A stretch of DNA of 63,605 nucleotides, the filler included, from Candidatus Hydrogenedentota bacterium (lineage in GTDB: Bacteria > JBFMHD01), in the NCBI GenBank assembly GCA_040752395.1. It is 7 parts of 7 records of this genome, joined end to end, with 100 filler letters (N's around TTAATTAATTAA, not from the genome) between each part and the next. Parts side by side here need not be neighbours in the genome. Positions count along the whole stretch, not along the records: positions 45,930 to 54,807 come from JBFMHD010000118.1; positions 54,908 to 63,605 come from JBFMHD010000119.1; 5 more parts are not named here. The stretch is one strand, 5' to 3'. The notes beneath the pieces are model-generated. The model was not told the origin of the DNA and searched no databases. It was given only the letters and a program-made list of their open reading frames with translations. This document shows positions 49,746 through 59,637 of this stretch, piece by piece (position 1 is the stretch's first letter; every line of letters starts with the position of its first letter). The translations under genes and the position numbers were made by a program.

Positions 49746-50848
49746 AGAAACTTACTATAGTGGGTGTAGGTTTAATCGGTGGTTCAGTTGGGCTTGGTTT
49801 GAAACGCATCAAAGCACCTTTTTATATTATAGGAACCTCAAGAAATATTGAAAACCTGAAGAAAGCATATAAAGTTGGTGCTGTTGATTATTATACAACT
49901 GATTTTATAGAAGCTACTAAAGATTCTGATATTGTAATGATATGTGTACCTGTAGAGAAGATTGTCCTGTTTACCGAAAATATAATAGATACCCTTAAAA
50001 AAGGGTGTATAATAACAGATGCAGGTAGCACAAAATCCGAGATACTTAAAAAAATAGATAGACTGATAATAAAGAAAAGGAAGGCGGTATATTTTGTTGG
50101 AGCCCATCCCTTAGCAGGTTCTGAAAAGACAGGTGTTGAGTTCGCTAAAGGTCATTTATTTGAAAATGCATATTGTCTTATTACCCCGGGTAAAACTTCT
50201 TGCGATAAGATTGATGAAATAAAAGATTTATGGAAGAGCTTAAATGCTATAGTTGTTGAGATGGACGCTTATGTACATGATAAGATTGTTGGGGCCATAA
50301 GTCATTTACCACATATTGTTGCAACCGCTCTAATTAACACTGTTGGCAGAAATTGCAGTAATATAGCCGGGCTTGATGCTCTTAGTTTTGCTGCAAGTGG
50401 GTTTCGGGATACTACGCGTATCGCTGGCAGTGATGCTGGACTATGGAAAGATATATTTTTATCTAATAGAAAAGCAATTCTACCGCTTATTGACAAATTT
50501 ATTAACGAATTAAATAGATTTAAAAGATACATCTCACCTGATAGAAAAGATAAATTAATTGAAACTTTAAATACAGCAAAAGGGTTTAAAGATAGGGTAT
50601 CAGGTTTATCACACAAAGGTATAATTCCCGGGGGTTTTGAGATTTATCTTGATGTAGAAGACAGGGTAGGTGTTATAGCTTCTATTTCAGGAATTCTGAG
50701 GGATGTTAAAATAAATATTAAGGATATCGCGGTTGTGAAATCACGAGAAGACGGTAGCGGCGCATTAAGAATAGGGTTTGAATCTGATGAAGATAGGAAT
50801 TTTGCTATGAAGGTTTTAAAAGAGAAAGGGTTCTCGGTATTCAGATAA
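49742..50848 (+). CDS. tyrA: Prephenate/arogenate dehydrogenase with ACT domain
   Basis: GVGLIGGS, D.GSTK, HPLAGSE, SHLPH, GFRDTTRIA. Confidence 0.94.
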   Translation: MKKLTIVGVGLIGGSVGLGLKRIKAPFYIIGTSRNIENLKKAYKVGAVDYYTTDFIEATKDSDIVMICVPVEKIVLFTENIIDTLKKGCIITDAGSTKSEILKKIDRLIIKKRKAVYFVGAHPLAGSEKTGVEFAKGHLFENAYCLITPGKTSCDKIDEIKDLWKSLNAIVVEMDAYVHDKIVGAISHLPHIVATALINTVGRNCSNIAGLDALSFAASGFRDTTRIAGSDAGLWKDIFLSNRKAILPLIDKFINELNRFKRYISPDRKDKLIETLNTAKGFKDRVSGLSHKGIIPGGFEIYLDVEDRVGVIASISGILRDVKINIKDIAVVKSREDGSGALRIGFESDEDRNFAMKVLKEKGFSVFR

Positions 50849-50852
50849 ACAA

Positions 50853-51020
50853 TTTCAGAGAAGTTGTCATGAGCACTTTTGCGCTCTACATTATTGGGTT
50901 CTTGGGTTCTTGCGTTTTTGCGCTCTACACAAAGGATGAAAAACCAGATGTTTGTTTATCTTGCTTCTTGCCTCTATTTGATATTATTATAGTTACGAAG
51001 TTTTTCGAAGGATGGTTCTA
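50853..51020 (+). repeat. Cassette between tyrA and cmk
   Basis: ATG50869, octamer module, terminal module, tttttcgaagga before cmk. Confidence 0.9.
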
Positions 51021-51671
51021 ATGAAAGACGTCATAGCGATTGATGGACCTGCAGCTGCAGGTAAAAGTACCGTTGCCAGATTAGTAGCTGAAAAACGGGG
51101 ATATTTTTATCTTGATACAGGTGCTATGTACCGTGCAGCTACACTTCAATGCCTTTGTAAAGGAGTTAATATTGATAACGAAGAAGAAGTATCTCAAATT
51201 GTAAATAATATAGAATTAAAATTTGATAATAATAACAGAATATATCTTGATAATGAGGACGTATCTTTTCAGATAAGAACAATACCTGTTACTGCCAATG
51301 TATCTAAAGTCTCAAGTTATAAATCTGTTAGAGATAAAATGACTGAACTCCAGCGAAGGATGTGTGACAATGGTAAAATAGTTATGGAGGGAAGAGATAT
51401 AGGAACAGTTGTGGTCCCTGATGCTAAATATAAATTTTTTCTTGATGCTTCACTACAGGAACGAGCTCAAAGAAGAATAAAAGACATCGGAAATGAAAAT
51501 ATGAAACTTGATAAAATTGTAGAGGAGATCAAAAAACGCGATTCATTTGATTCTAATAGAAGACTGGCACCGCTTAAAAAGGCAGAAGATTCTATATATA
51601 TAGACACAACTAGTATGACTGTAGATATGGTTGTTAACTATATACTAAACGAGATAGAAAAGATGGGATAG
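51021..51671 (+). CDS. cmk: Cytidylate kinase
   Basis: IAIDGPAAAGKST, DTGAMYR, EGRDIG. Confidence 0.96.
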   Translation: MKDVIAIDGPAAAGKSTVARLVAEKRGYFYLDTGAMYRAATLQCLCKGVNIDNEEEVSQIVNNIELKFDNNNRIYLDNEDVSFQIRTIPVTANVSKVSSYKSVRDKMTELQRRMCDNGKIVMEGRDIGTVVVPDAKYKFFLDASLQERAQRRIKDIGNENMKLDKIVEEIKKRDSFDSNRRLAPLKKAEDSIYIDTTSMTVDMVVNYILNEIEKMG

Positions 51672-51678
51672 AAATCTT

Positions 51679-52536
51679 ATGCAAGATAGAGAAATACTTT
51701 TATCTGAATTTGCCGGATTCTGTTTCGGTGTTAAAAGAGCAGTCGAGTTAGCTGAAAAAAAACTCTTTGAATCAAAAGAAAATAGCGAGTCAATCTATTC
51801 ATTCGGACCATTGATTCATAACCCACAGGTTGTTAAACAGCTTAAAGAAAAAGGGGTGAAAGTGATCGAAAATATACAGGAAATAAAAAATAATAGTTCA
51901 GTTATTATAAGGACTCACGGTATCCACCCTGATATTGAAGAAGAACTAAAAAATAAGGATATAACTATAGTCGATGTCACCTGCCCGTTTGTGAGAAATG
52001 TTCAGAATTATGCTAAACAGCTAAAAAATGAAGGATATTTTATATTTCTTATAGGTGAGAAAGAACACCCTGAAATTAAAGGGATTCTCGGGTATTGTGG
52101 TGAAAATAGCCGTGTAATTAATAGTGTGCAGGAGCTTTTTGGTATTAAGATACCTCAAAGCGTAGGAGTTATAGCTCAAACGACTCAGTCTATAACAAAC
52201 TTCGGTGAAATTGTTGCCTATTTATCAACAATAGCTAAAGAATTAAAAATATTTAATACTATATGCTGGGCTACTGAAAAACGGCAACAGGCTGCTTATA
52301 AATTAGCTAAAGTTGTTGATATAATGTTAGTTATAGGGGGTAAAAATAGCGGGAATACCCGACGTTTATACGAAATCTGTAAAAAAGTTAATAATAATAC
52401 TTATCATATCGAAACCGCAGATGAATTAGATAATAGTTGGTTTACTGATAAAGTTAAGAGAGTAGGTATAACTGCAGGCGCTTCCACGCCGGACTGGATT
52501 ATATTGGAAGTAATAGATAGAGTTAAAGTTATATGA
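51679..52536 (+). CDS. ispH: 4-hydroxy-3-methylbut-2-enyl diphosphate reductase
   Basis: GFCFGVKRA, IHNP, TCPFV, TIC.AT..RQ, TAGASTP. Confidence 0.96.
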   Translation: MQDREILLSEFAGFCFGVKRAVELAEKKLFESKENSESIYSFGPLIHNPQVVKQLKEKGVKVIENIQEIKNNSSVIIRTHGIHPDIEEELKNKDITIVDVTCPFVRNVQNYAKQLKNEGYFIFLIGEKEHPEIKGILGYCGENSRVINSVQELFGIKIPQSVGVIAQTTQSITNFGEIVAYLSTIAKELKIFNTICWATEKRQQAAYKLAKVVDIMLVIGGKNSGNTRRLYEICKKVNNNTYHIETADELDNSWFTDKVKRVGITAGASTPDWIILEVIDRVKVI

Positions 52537-52548
52537 GGTTTGCATACT

Positions 52549-53202
52549 ATGATTAAATTTAAAACCGGGATGATTATGAAGGTTGCTTCTGAATATGTCT
52601 CGCAGTTTTTTGTCTCTGTCTATATTTTACTTTCTAACCAGGAAGGGATACTTATCTCAAGACCTCAATTTGAGGATATACCTATACCATTAAAAAAAGG
52701 AACAATCCTTTATTGTAAACTCCTGAATTTTGATGATATTTTAAAGTTTGATACTTGTGTTCTTGAAATATTTAATGATGGTTATATTGATTTAAGCATT
52801 ATTAAGAATCCGAGTTTAATTGAATGGGGCAGGAAACCGTGCATTTTAATTGCTTACCCGTCTTCTGTAAGACCTACAGATAGACGGATCTCCAGACGAA
52901 TTCATACTGATTTTAAGTGCCAGATACTAAGAATAAAAGATATCGAAGAAAATATCAAGGGGCTTGAAAATTTTAATGGAGAAGTTCAGAATATCAGTCT
53001 TGATGGTTTTTATCTTACAACTTCTTTGAAACTTGAGTTAGATGAATACGTCCAGCTTATTATAAAAATGAGGGATGAGATATTTGGTCCTTTGTATGCA
53101 AAAGTAATAAGGAAAGATGAGAGGGGGTATGGTTTACAGATATCAAGTATCTTTGAGGAAGACAGAGAATTTCTCTATAACTGGATTTCAAGATATATTT
53201 AA
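52549..53202 (+). CDS. PilZ-domain protein
   Basis: RRISRR and NISLDG motifs. Confidence 0.75.
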   Translation: MIKFKTGMIMKVASEYVSQFFVSVYILLSNQEGILISRPQFEDIPIPLKKGTILYCKLLNFDDILKFDTCVLEIFNDGYIDLSIIKNPSLIEWGRKPCILIAYPSSVRPTDRRISRRIHTDFKCQILRIKDIEENIKGLENFNGEVQNISLDGFYLTTSLKLELDEYVQLIIKMRDEIFGPLYAKVIRKDERGYGLQISSIFEEDREFLYNWISRYI

Positions 53203-53275
53203 AGGGTATAATCCATCCATCTTCAGTGTGAGTTCTTAAGTTTGGTGTTTGGTTTTCGGTTAACTGAGGGATTAT

Positions 53276-54682
53276 ATGATAACCACGCGTTTTGCTCCGT
53301 CACCAACCGGGTTCCTGCACCTCGGAAGTGCAAGAACAGCGTTATTAAACTATTTATATGCAAAACATACAGAAGGAAAATTTATACTCCGAATTGAGGA
53401 TACTGACGCAAAAAGAAGCGATAAATCGTTATCTGCTAAAATAATTGAGGCTCTTAAATGGATTGGATTAGAGTGGGATGAAGAATATTATCAGAGTGAA
53501 CGCATTGATATTTATAAAAAATATGCTTATCAATTACTTGAGAATGGGTTTGCTTATCGGTGCTTCTGTAATCCCGACGAGATTGAGAAAAAAACAAAGA
53601 ATAATATTATCTGGAAATATGATAAAAATTGCCTTAAGCTATCACAAGATAAAATTGATAAATTATTAAAAGATAACACCAATTTTGTTATAAGATTTAA
53701 TGTAGTAAATGATGGGAATAAGATTACTTTTTATGATAATGTAAGAGGTGAGGTTTCTTTTGATAAAGAACAGGTTGATGATTTTGTTCTATTAAAGGCA
53801 GATAATTATCCGACATATCATCTCGCAGTCTGTTGTGATGACCATCTTATGGGTGTAACCGATATTTTACGTGGTGAAGACCATCTCACAAATACCCCAA
53901 AACAGATTTTAATATATAATGCTTTTAACTGGGAACCACCCAGATTTTATCATTTACCACTTATACACGGTTCTGATGGCAAGAAACTCTCTAAGAGACA
54001 CGGTAGCGTTGATACACTTTTTTATAAAAGAATGGGGATATTGAGCGAAACACTGGTAAATTATCTAACTTTGCTTGGTTACTCACCACAAGAGAATAAA
54101 GAACTCTTCGATATGAGTGAACTTATTGAAAAATTTGACATAAAAAGGATAAGAAAATCATATAGCAGATTTGACCTTAAAAAACTTGTTTCTATAAACT
54201 CCGAAAAAATTAGAAATCTAAAAAATGAAAGAATTTATGATATGTTGTCTGAATATGAAGAGTTTAACAGATTAACACAGGGCTTTAATAAAGAATATAT
54301 CTTAAAGGGTATCGAACTTATTAAAACACGGATGCCTACGTTGAGAGATTTTTTTGATAGAGCTAAATATATGTTTATAGAACCAGAATCTTATGATGAA
54401 AAGGGATTGAAAAAATATTTCAAAGAAAATACAAAAGATTTGTTGCTACAATTGAAAATTGAACTTGAAAAACTGGATGATTTCAAAGAAACAAATATTG
54501 AAAATTCACTACGGAGCCTGTGCAGTCGTTTAAATATAAAAGATGCAGAACTGATACACCCGCTGCGAATAGTATTAACAGGATATACTGTCTCTCCAGG
54601 CATATTTGAGGTGATAGCGCATCTCGGTAAAAAAGTAGTTGTAGAAAGAATAGAAAATGCAAGGATTAGACTCTCTATTTAA
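53276..54682 (+). CDS. gltX: Glutamate--tRNA ligase
   Basis: RFAPSPTG.LHLG, RGEDHL, KLSKR. Confidence 0.97.
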   Translation: MITTRFAPSPTGFLHLGSARTALLNYLYAKHTEGKFILRIEDTDAKRSDKSLSAKIIEALKWIGLEWDEEYYQSERIDIYKKYAYQLLENGFAYRCFCNPDEIEKKTKNNIIWKYDKNCLKLSQDKIDKLLKDNTNFVIRFNVVNDGNKITFYDNVRGEVSFDKEQVDDFVLLKADNYPTYHLAVCCDDHLMGVTDILRGEDHLTNTPKQILIYNAFNWEPPRFYHLPLIHGSDGKKLSKRHGSVDTLFYKRMGILSETLVNYLTLLGYSPQENKELFDMSELIEKFDIKRIRKSYSRFDLKKLVSINSEKIRNLKNERIYDMLSEYEEFNRLTQGFNKEYILKGIELIKTRMPTLRDFFDRAKYMFIEPESYDEKGLKKYFKENTKDLLLQLKIELEKLDDFKETNIENSLRSLCSRLNIKDAELIHPLRIVLTGYTVSPGIFEVIAHLGKKVVVERIENARIRLSI

Positions 54683-54908
54683 ATTACCTACGCTTTTTGC
54701 GTAGATGGTTCGCTGCTATATTATGCCAGAAGGGGTTGCGGCACTGCCACATTATACAATGATCAAACTTATCGCCTTTGATAGGTTCGGATGAATATAT
54801 GGTTCCGNNNNNNNNNNNNNNNNNNNNNNNNNNNNNNNNNNNNNNNNNNNNTTAATTAATTAANNNNNNNNNNNNNNNNNNNNNNNNNNNNNNNNNNNNN
54901 NNNNNNNC

Positions 54909-56225
54909 AAAGGGAAAGCCATAGCTACTATCCCGGGTTTTGATGGAAACAGAAATACAAAACTTGTAGATTTTAATAAACTACCATGGCCTGAGGATAA
55001 CGATGTATCAAGGTATAAATACGCTCTACAAGGAGAACCAAATTGCGAGTACCGTGAGATACAAGCTTATGCTTCACGAGGATGCGTTTATAGATGTAAT
55101 TTTTGTGCCGCTGCTAATCTTTATTATAATAAACCAAACTGGCGACCACGCGATGTACAAGATATAGTTAATGAAATAATATATCTTAAAAATAAATATC
55201 CAGAGATGCAGGGGATATTCTTTGATGAAGAATGGCATAATTACAGAAAAGATTTTATTTTGGAATTATGTAAAAAAATAAAAGAAAATAAAATTGATAA
55301 TCTTCATTATAATGCTATGTGCGGATATTCTACTATGAATAAAGAGATGCTTGAAGCTATGAAAGATGCGGGCTATTACAAGCTGCGTATAGGGATTGAA
55401 ACACTATCTGATAAAATAGCTGATGCTATGAATTTGGGAGGGAAATTTAATCAGGAGAGGCTATATAAGGTACTTGAGATGGCAAAAAATATCGGCCTTA
55501 AAATTTATGCTACTTTTACTATTGGTGGCAGAGGCGCAACCAGAGATGAAGATAATAAAACAGCAGAGTTTATTAGAGAATCTGTAGCCAGGGGCTGGAT
55601 ATGTGATCTACAGGTATCTATAGCTACTCCACAGCCAGGAACACCTTTTTATAAATGGGCACAGGATAATGGTTATATAATAAGAACAGAGTGGTCTCAA
55701 TTTGATGGTGGCAATTATGCGGTTGTCTCATATCCTGATTATCAAAGAGAAGAGATAGAGGCGATGTTCAGAATCGCGCTTTTTAAATATGATGGGGGTA
55801 GATATGAAAGAGATGGTAGATATATTAAAAATAGGGTTCTAAACGAATTGAAAAGATACACAATTAATAAAGCGATTTGTTTTAGAACAAACAGAATGTG
55901 GCATATATGGAGTTTTCTGGACGCGATATGTGAGGTCTTGAAAGACAAAAGGATTGATTTTATTATTCAGCCAGCTGTTAAAGAGATATTTGAAAAAGAT
56001 AAAAGGATAAATAGAATTTATATTTATGATAAAGGATTTTTTAATAGAGATATATTTCCTGAAGAATTATTTAACACAATTAAATATCAGTCTTATGATA
56101 CAGCAATTATTTTTGTAAATCATCCTGAGGGCAAAGGATACGATAATGTGTATAACATAGCAAAAGACTCTGCTATACCACAAATTTTATATATATTCCC
56201 TGATGGGGGGATTAAGAAAAAATAA
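54909..56225 (+). CDS. Radical SAM protein, probably B12-binding class (5' truncated), with an extra C-terminal domain
   Basis: Frame is open upstream of 55206: LPWP...ASRGCVYRCNFC; later GIET and TPQPGT. Confidence 0.85.
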   Translation, partial: KGKAIATIPGFDGNRNTKLVDFNKLPWPEDNDVSRYKYALQGEPNCEYREIQAYASRGCVYRCNFCAAANLYYNKPNWRPRDVQDIVNEIIYLKNKYPEMQGIFFDEEWHNYRKDFILELCKKIKENKIDNLHYNAMCGYSTMNKEMLEAMKDAGYYKLRIGIETLSDKIADAMNLGGKFNQERLYKVLEMAKNIGLKIYATFTIGGRGATRDEDNKTAEFIRESVARGWICDLQVSIATPQPGTPFYKWAQDNGYIIRTEWSQFDGGNYAVVSYPDYQREEIEAMFRIALFKYDGGRYERDGRYIKNRVLNELKRYTINKAICFRTNRMWHIWSFLDAICEVLKDKRIDFIIQPAVKEIFEKDKRINRIYIYDKGFFNRDIFPEELFNTIKYQSYDTAIIFVNHPEGKGYDNVYNIAKDSAIPQILYIFPDGGIKKK

Positions 56226-57179
56226 ATGAAAATATCAGTAATTGTTACAAACTGGAACGGCGTCAGACTCGGATATTTAGAACCCTGTCTCGATAGCATA
56301 GAAAAAGAATTTAATAGAACCGATATAATCGACGAAGTGATAATTGTTGATGATTGCTCATCTGATGAGAGTGAAAGATTTATATTAGTGAATTATCCGC
56401 AATTTAAAATAATTAGAACGCCTAAGAATTTAGGGTTTCAGGCTGCTGCTAATTATGGGGTTTATTATGCTACAAACGAAGTCGTGATGATATTAAATAA
56501 TGATATAATTGTTACCATAGGTGTATCTGAAAAATTCATAAACTGGTTCAAAAAAGATGACAATGTTTTTGCGGTATCCACGCGTGTCCATTTATGGGAT
56601 GGCGTAACATATCTTGCAGGTAAAAGGATAGCTCACATCGAAAAAGGTAATTTTATATTAAAAGATTGTATTGATGAAAAAGATAAAACTGCCTTGACGT
56701 TATTTGCAACAGGTGGCGCTGCTTGTTTTAATAGAGAAAAATTCTTTAAATTAGAAGGGTTTGATAGATTATATTATCCGTTATACTGGGAAGACATAGA
56801 TATCTGCTACAGGGCTCAAAAACGCGGCTGGAAAGTTATTTATGATCCCCAAATACTTTTATTACACAAACATCAAGCTACGATACAGACTATGTATGGC
56901 AAAGACAGTCTAAGACTTTTAACAGCGCGTAACAGTTATCTATTTTTCTGGAAAAACATCACAGATTCAACACTTATACGAGAACACATATTTTATAATC
57001 TTCTTTTAATAATCAAAGATATCTTTATGCTGAAATTCAGGTTCCCGGTAGCATCTATACTTGCCCTGCAACGAATAATTGAGGTAATAAAAAGACGTAA
57101 GATTGAGTTACGCGAGTCGACAAAAACCGATACAGAGGTCTTAAGTAACCACTCAGAACGTGCGAAAAAACTCTGGTGA
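56226..57179 (+). CDS. Glycosyltransferase family 2
   Basis: SVIVTNWN, VDDCSSD, LNND, YWEDID. Confidence 0.92.
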   Translation: MKISVIVTNWNGVRLGYLEPCLDSIEKEFNRTDIIDEVIIVDDCSSDESERFILVNYPQFKIIRTPKNLGFQAAANYGVYYATNEVVMILNNDIIVTIGVSEKFINWFKKDDNVFAVSTRVHLWDGVTYLAGKRIAHIEKGNFILKDCIDEKDKTALTLFATGGAACFNREKFFKLEGFDRLYYPLYWEDIDICYRAQKRGWKVIYDPQILLLHKHQATIQTMYGKDSLRLLTARNSYLFFWKNITDSTLIREHIFYNLLLIIKDIFMLKFRFPVASILALQRIIEVIKRRKIELRESTKTDTEVLSNHSERAKKLW

Positions 57180-57301
57180 GCACCTTTAGGTGCGTTTTTT
57201 TAAAGATGCGTCTTTAAAAAAGGTATTTATATTATTTTTAACAAATTATTAAAATGGGTCTTTTGACCCTTGGTAAATTTAATATATCTTTTCACACGTT
57301 C
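57154..57301. mobile_element. MITE-like element with terminal inverted repeats
   Basis: GAACGTGCGAAAA (57156-57168) / TTTTCACACGTTC (57289-57301). Confidence 0.65.
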
Positions 57302-57351
57302 GAAGACGTACATATCTCAGGACTTCAGGGGAGTCTGAGGGTTATAAGCAA

Positions 57352-58497
57352 TTATAGTTTGTTAGTCATTATGACCTGCAGTTCTTTGAAAGCCTGCTTT
57401 ACAGGTATTATTTCGATTGGACCCTCGTGTAAACGCTGGTTTCCGGTGTAAATAAAATAAGCTTTGGCTTGGGGATAATCTTTTAAGAATAATTTTAAAC
57501 CGCGTAAAAAAGAGAGGTTGATTCTTGAAGTACGTTTTATTTCGAATGCCTTGATGCCTTTCGATCCATATAACACAAAGTCAACTTCGATATTGTTTGA
57601 TGTTCTCCAATAAAATATATTATAATTCAGGCCAAGATAATCATTCAAAGCCATCAGTTCTTGAAGAAAAAGAGATTCAAAAGCATGACCCTCTGCTTCC
57701 TCAGGCATGTCAAGCGGCTCCATAGGCCGTAATGTTCGATATACGCCTACGTCAAAATAATAGAATTTGGGATGACTGACTACTCTTCTTTTAGCCCGTT
57801 TTAAGAAAACTGGCAGGCGGTAAGCAATCAGCAGGTCTTCCAATATCGTAAAGTAATTCTGAACGACCTTTCGTTCAACCGCACATTCACGGCTTACTTC
57901 CGCAATATTCAAAACTGAGCCTTGTGAAAAACTTGCACTTTCAAGAAAACGGGTGAAAGCACCCAAATTTCTTGTCAGCCCTTCCTGCTTAACTTCCTGC
58001 TCAAGATACATTTTAACGTAGCTTTCAAGGTAAGCTTTAGGATCGGATTCGCTATAGACTGACGGCAGACTGCCAAATTTTAATGAGTGTTCGAGATTAA
58101 AATCGCTGCCAAGCTCTGAAACAGTAAGCGGGTGCATGGAATAATTTAATGCCCTTCCAGCGAGCAGGTTCACACCTTTTTTTCTTATTTTTCTCGCACT
58201 TGAACCTGTCAAAACAAACTTGTAATTATATCTTTCGATGAGACGATGTACTTCATTCAGCAGTTCTGGAACTCTCTGTACCTCATCGATGATGACCCAA
58301 CCATTAAATTTTGTCGGTATCATATTTTCCAGTCTTTGAGGATTGGCAATAAACTTATTAAAAATACCAGCTTCCAATAAATCGATATATATTGAGTCAT
58401 GGAAAGCAGACTTCACCCACGTGGTTTTCCCCGTGCCTCTAGGCCCAAAAAGAAAGAAACTCTTATTTTTCGGTGGTGTAATCAATCTGGAATACAT
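57352..58497 (-). CDS. AAA_14 ATPase with DUF4143 C-terminal domain
   Basis: GPRGTGKT, IDEVQ, LTGSS, KFYYFD.G, EVDFV...EIK. Confidence 0.9.
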   Translation of the reverse strand: MYSRLITPPKNKSFFLFGPRGTGKTTWVKSAFHDSIYIDLLEAGIFNKFIANPQRLENMIPTKFNGWVIIDEVQRVPELLNEVHRLIERYNYKFVLTGSSARKIRKKGVNLLAGRALNYSMHPLTVSELGSDFNLEHSLKFGSLPSVYSESDPKAYLESYVKMYLEQEVKQEGLTRNLGAFTRFLESASFSQGSVLNIAEVSRECAVERKVVQNYFTILEDLLIAYRLPVFLKRAKRRVVSHPKFYYFDVGVYRTLRPMEPLDMPEEAEGHAFESLFLQELMALNDYLGLNYNIFYWRTSNNIEVDFVLYGSKGIKAFEIKRTSRINLSFLRGLKLFLKDYPQAKAYFIYTGNQRLHEGPIEIIPVKQAFKELQVIMTNKL

Positions 58498-58685
58498 ACT
58501 TCCATTTTACATATATTTTAGGAATTGTCAATACTCAATTCAAAATTTATTTTTTCCTCTCACAAAAGAAAATGGTGTAAGAAGTCAAGGCGAGAGTTGT
58601 TGACCGTGGTATTTAAGAATTGCAAAATATATAATATAATTATAAAATATTATTTATATATGATTATTTTTATGGAGGTCATATT

Positions 58686-59633
58686 ATGAATAATTTAGAT
58701 AACAGGGGTAAAAAATGTGGTGCAAAAATAGCTGATAATATTCTTGAGTTAATGTTTAATACACCAATGATAAAACTCAATCGTATCGTAAAAAATGGTT
58801 CGGCAGATGTTTATGCTAAACTTGAGTCATACTCTCCGGGTGGGAGTGTAAAAGATAGGATTGCGTATAGTATGATAGAGGATGCTGAAAAAAAGGGGAT
58901 ATTAAAACCCGGTTCAGTGATTGTTGAACCAACGAGTGGAAACACAGGTATAGGACTTGCTCTTATAGCTGCACATAAAGGTTATAAGTGTATCTTAACG
59001 ATGCCTGAGTCTATGAGTGTTGAGCGAAGATACATTTTATCTCTTTTTGGGGTTGAGATAGTATTAACACCAGCTCAAGAAGGTATGGCCGGTGCTCTGA
59101 AAAAAGCAAATGAGATAGTGAAACAAAATCCTGATGCATTTATGCCCCAACAGTTTGAGAACCCATCAAACCCACAGATACACAGAGAAACAACCGCACT
59201 TGAAATATTATCCTGTATGGGTAATGAGAAGATAGATGCATTTGTAGCAGGTGTTGGAACAGGTGGAACAATAACTGGTGTAGGCGAAGTTTTAAAAGAG
59301 AGATATCCTGATATATTAATTGTTGGGGTGGAGCCTTCTGATTCAGCTGTACTTTCTGGAAACCAACCGGGGTCACATAAAATACAGGGTATAGGACCCG
59401 GTTTTATTCCCTGGGTTCTAAATAGAAAAATTATAAATAAGATTATAACTGTAAAAAATGAAGAAGCTATAATTTATGCAAGAAGATTAGCTAAAGAAGA
59501 GAGCTTATTTTGTGGTATATCTTCAGGTGCTGCTTGTTTTGCTTCGCTTTTGATTGCTAAAGAATTAGGCACCAGTAAAAAAGTAGTTACAATTTTTCCT
59601 GACACAGGTGAACGATATCTGAGTATGAGATAG
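58686..59633 (+). CDS. cysK: Cysteine synthase A
   Basis: PGGSVKDR, EPTSGNTG, GTGGT, HKIQGIG, PDTGERYLS. Confidence 0.96.
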   Translation: MNNLDNRGKKCGAKIADNILELMFNTPMIKLNRIVKNGSADVYAKLESYSPGGSVKDRIAYSMIEDAEKKGILKPGSVIVEPTSGNTGIGLALIAAHKGYKCILTMPESMSVERRYILSLFGVEIVLTPAQEGMAGALKKANEIVKQNPDAFMPQQFENPSNPQIHRETTALEILSCMGNEKIDAFVAGVGTGGTITGVGEVLKERYPDILIVGVEPSDSAVLSGNQPGSHKIQGIGPGFIPWVLNRKIINKIITVKNEEAIIYARRLAKEESLFCGISSGAACFASLLIAKELGTSKKVVTIFPDTGERYLSMR

Positions 59634-59637
59634 ATTT

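Noticed and set aside
9139-54907. Six regularly spaced TTAATTAATTAA motifs within N runs
   Set aside because: Artificial contig linkers; the spacing reflects length-sorted contigs. No synteny was inferred across them.
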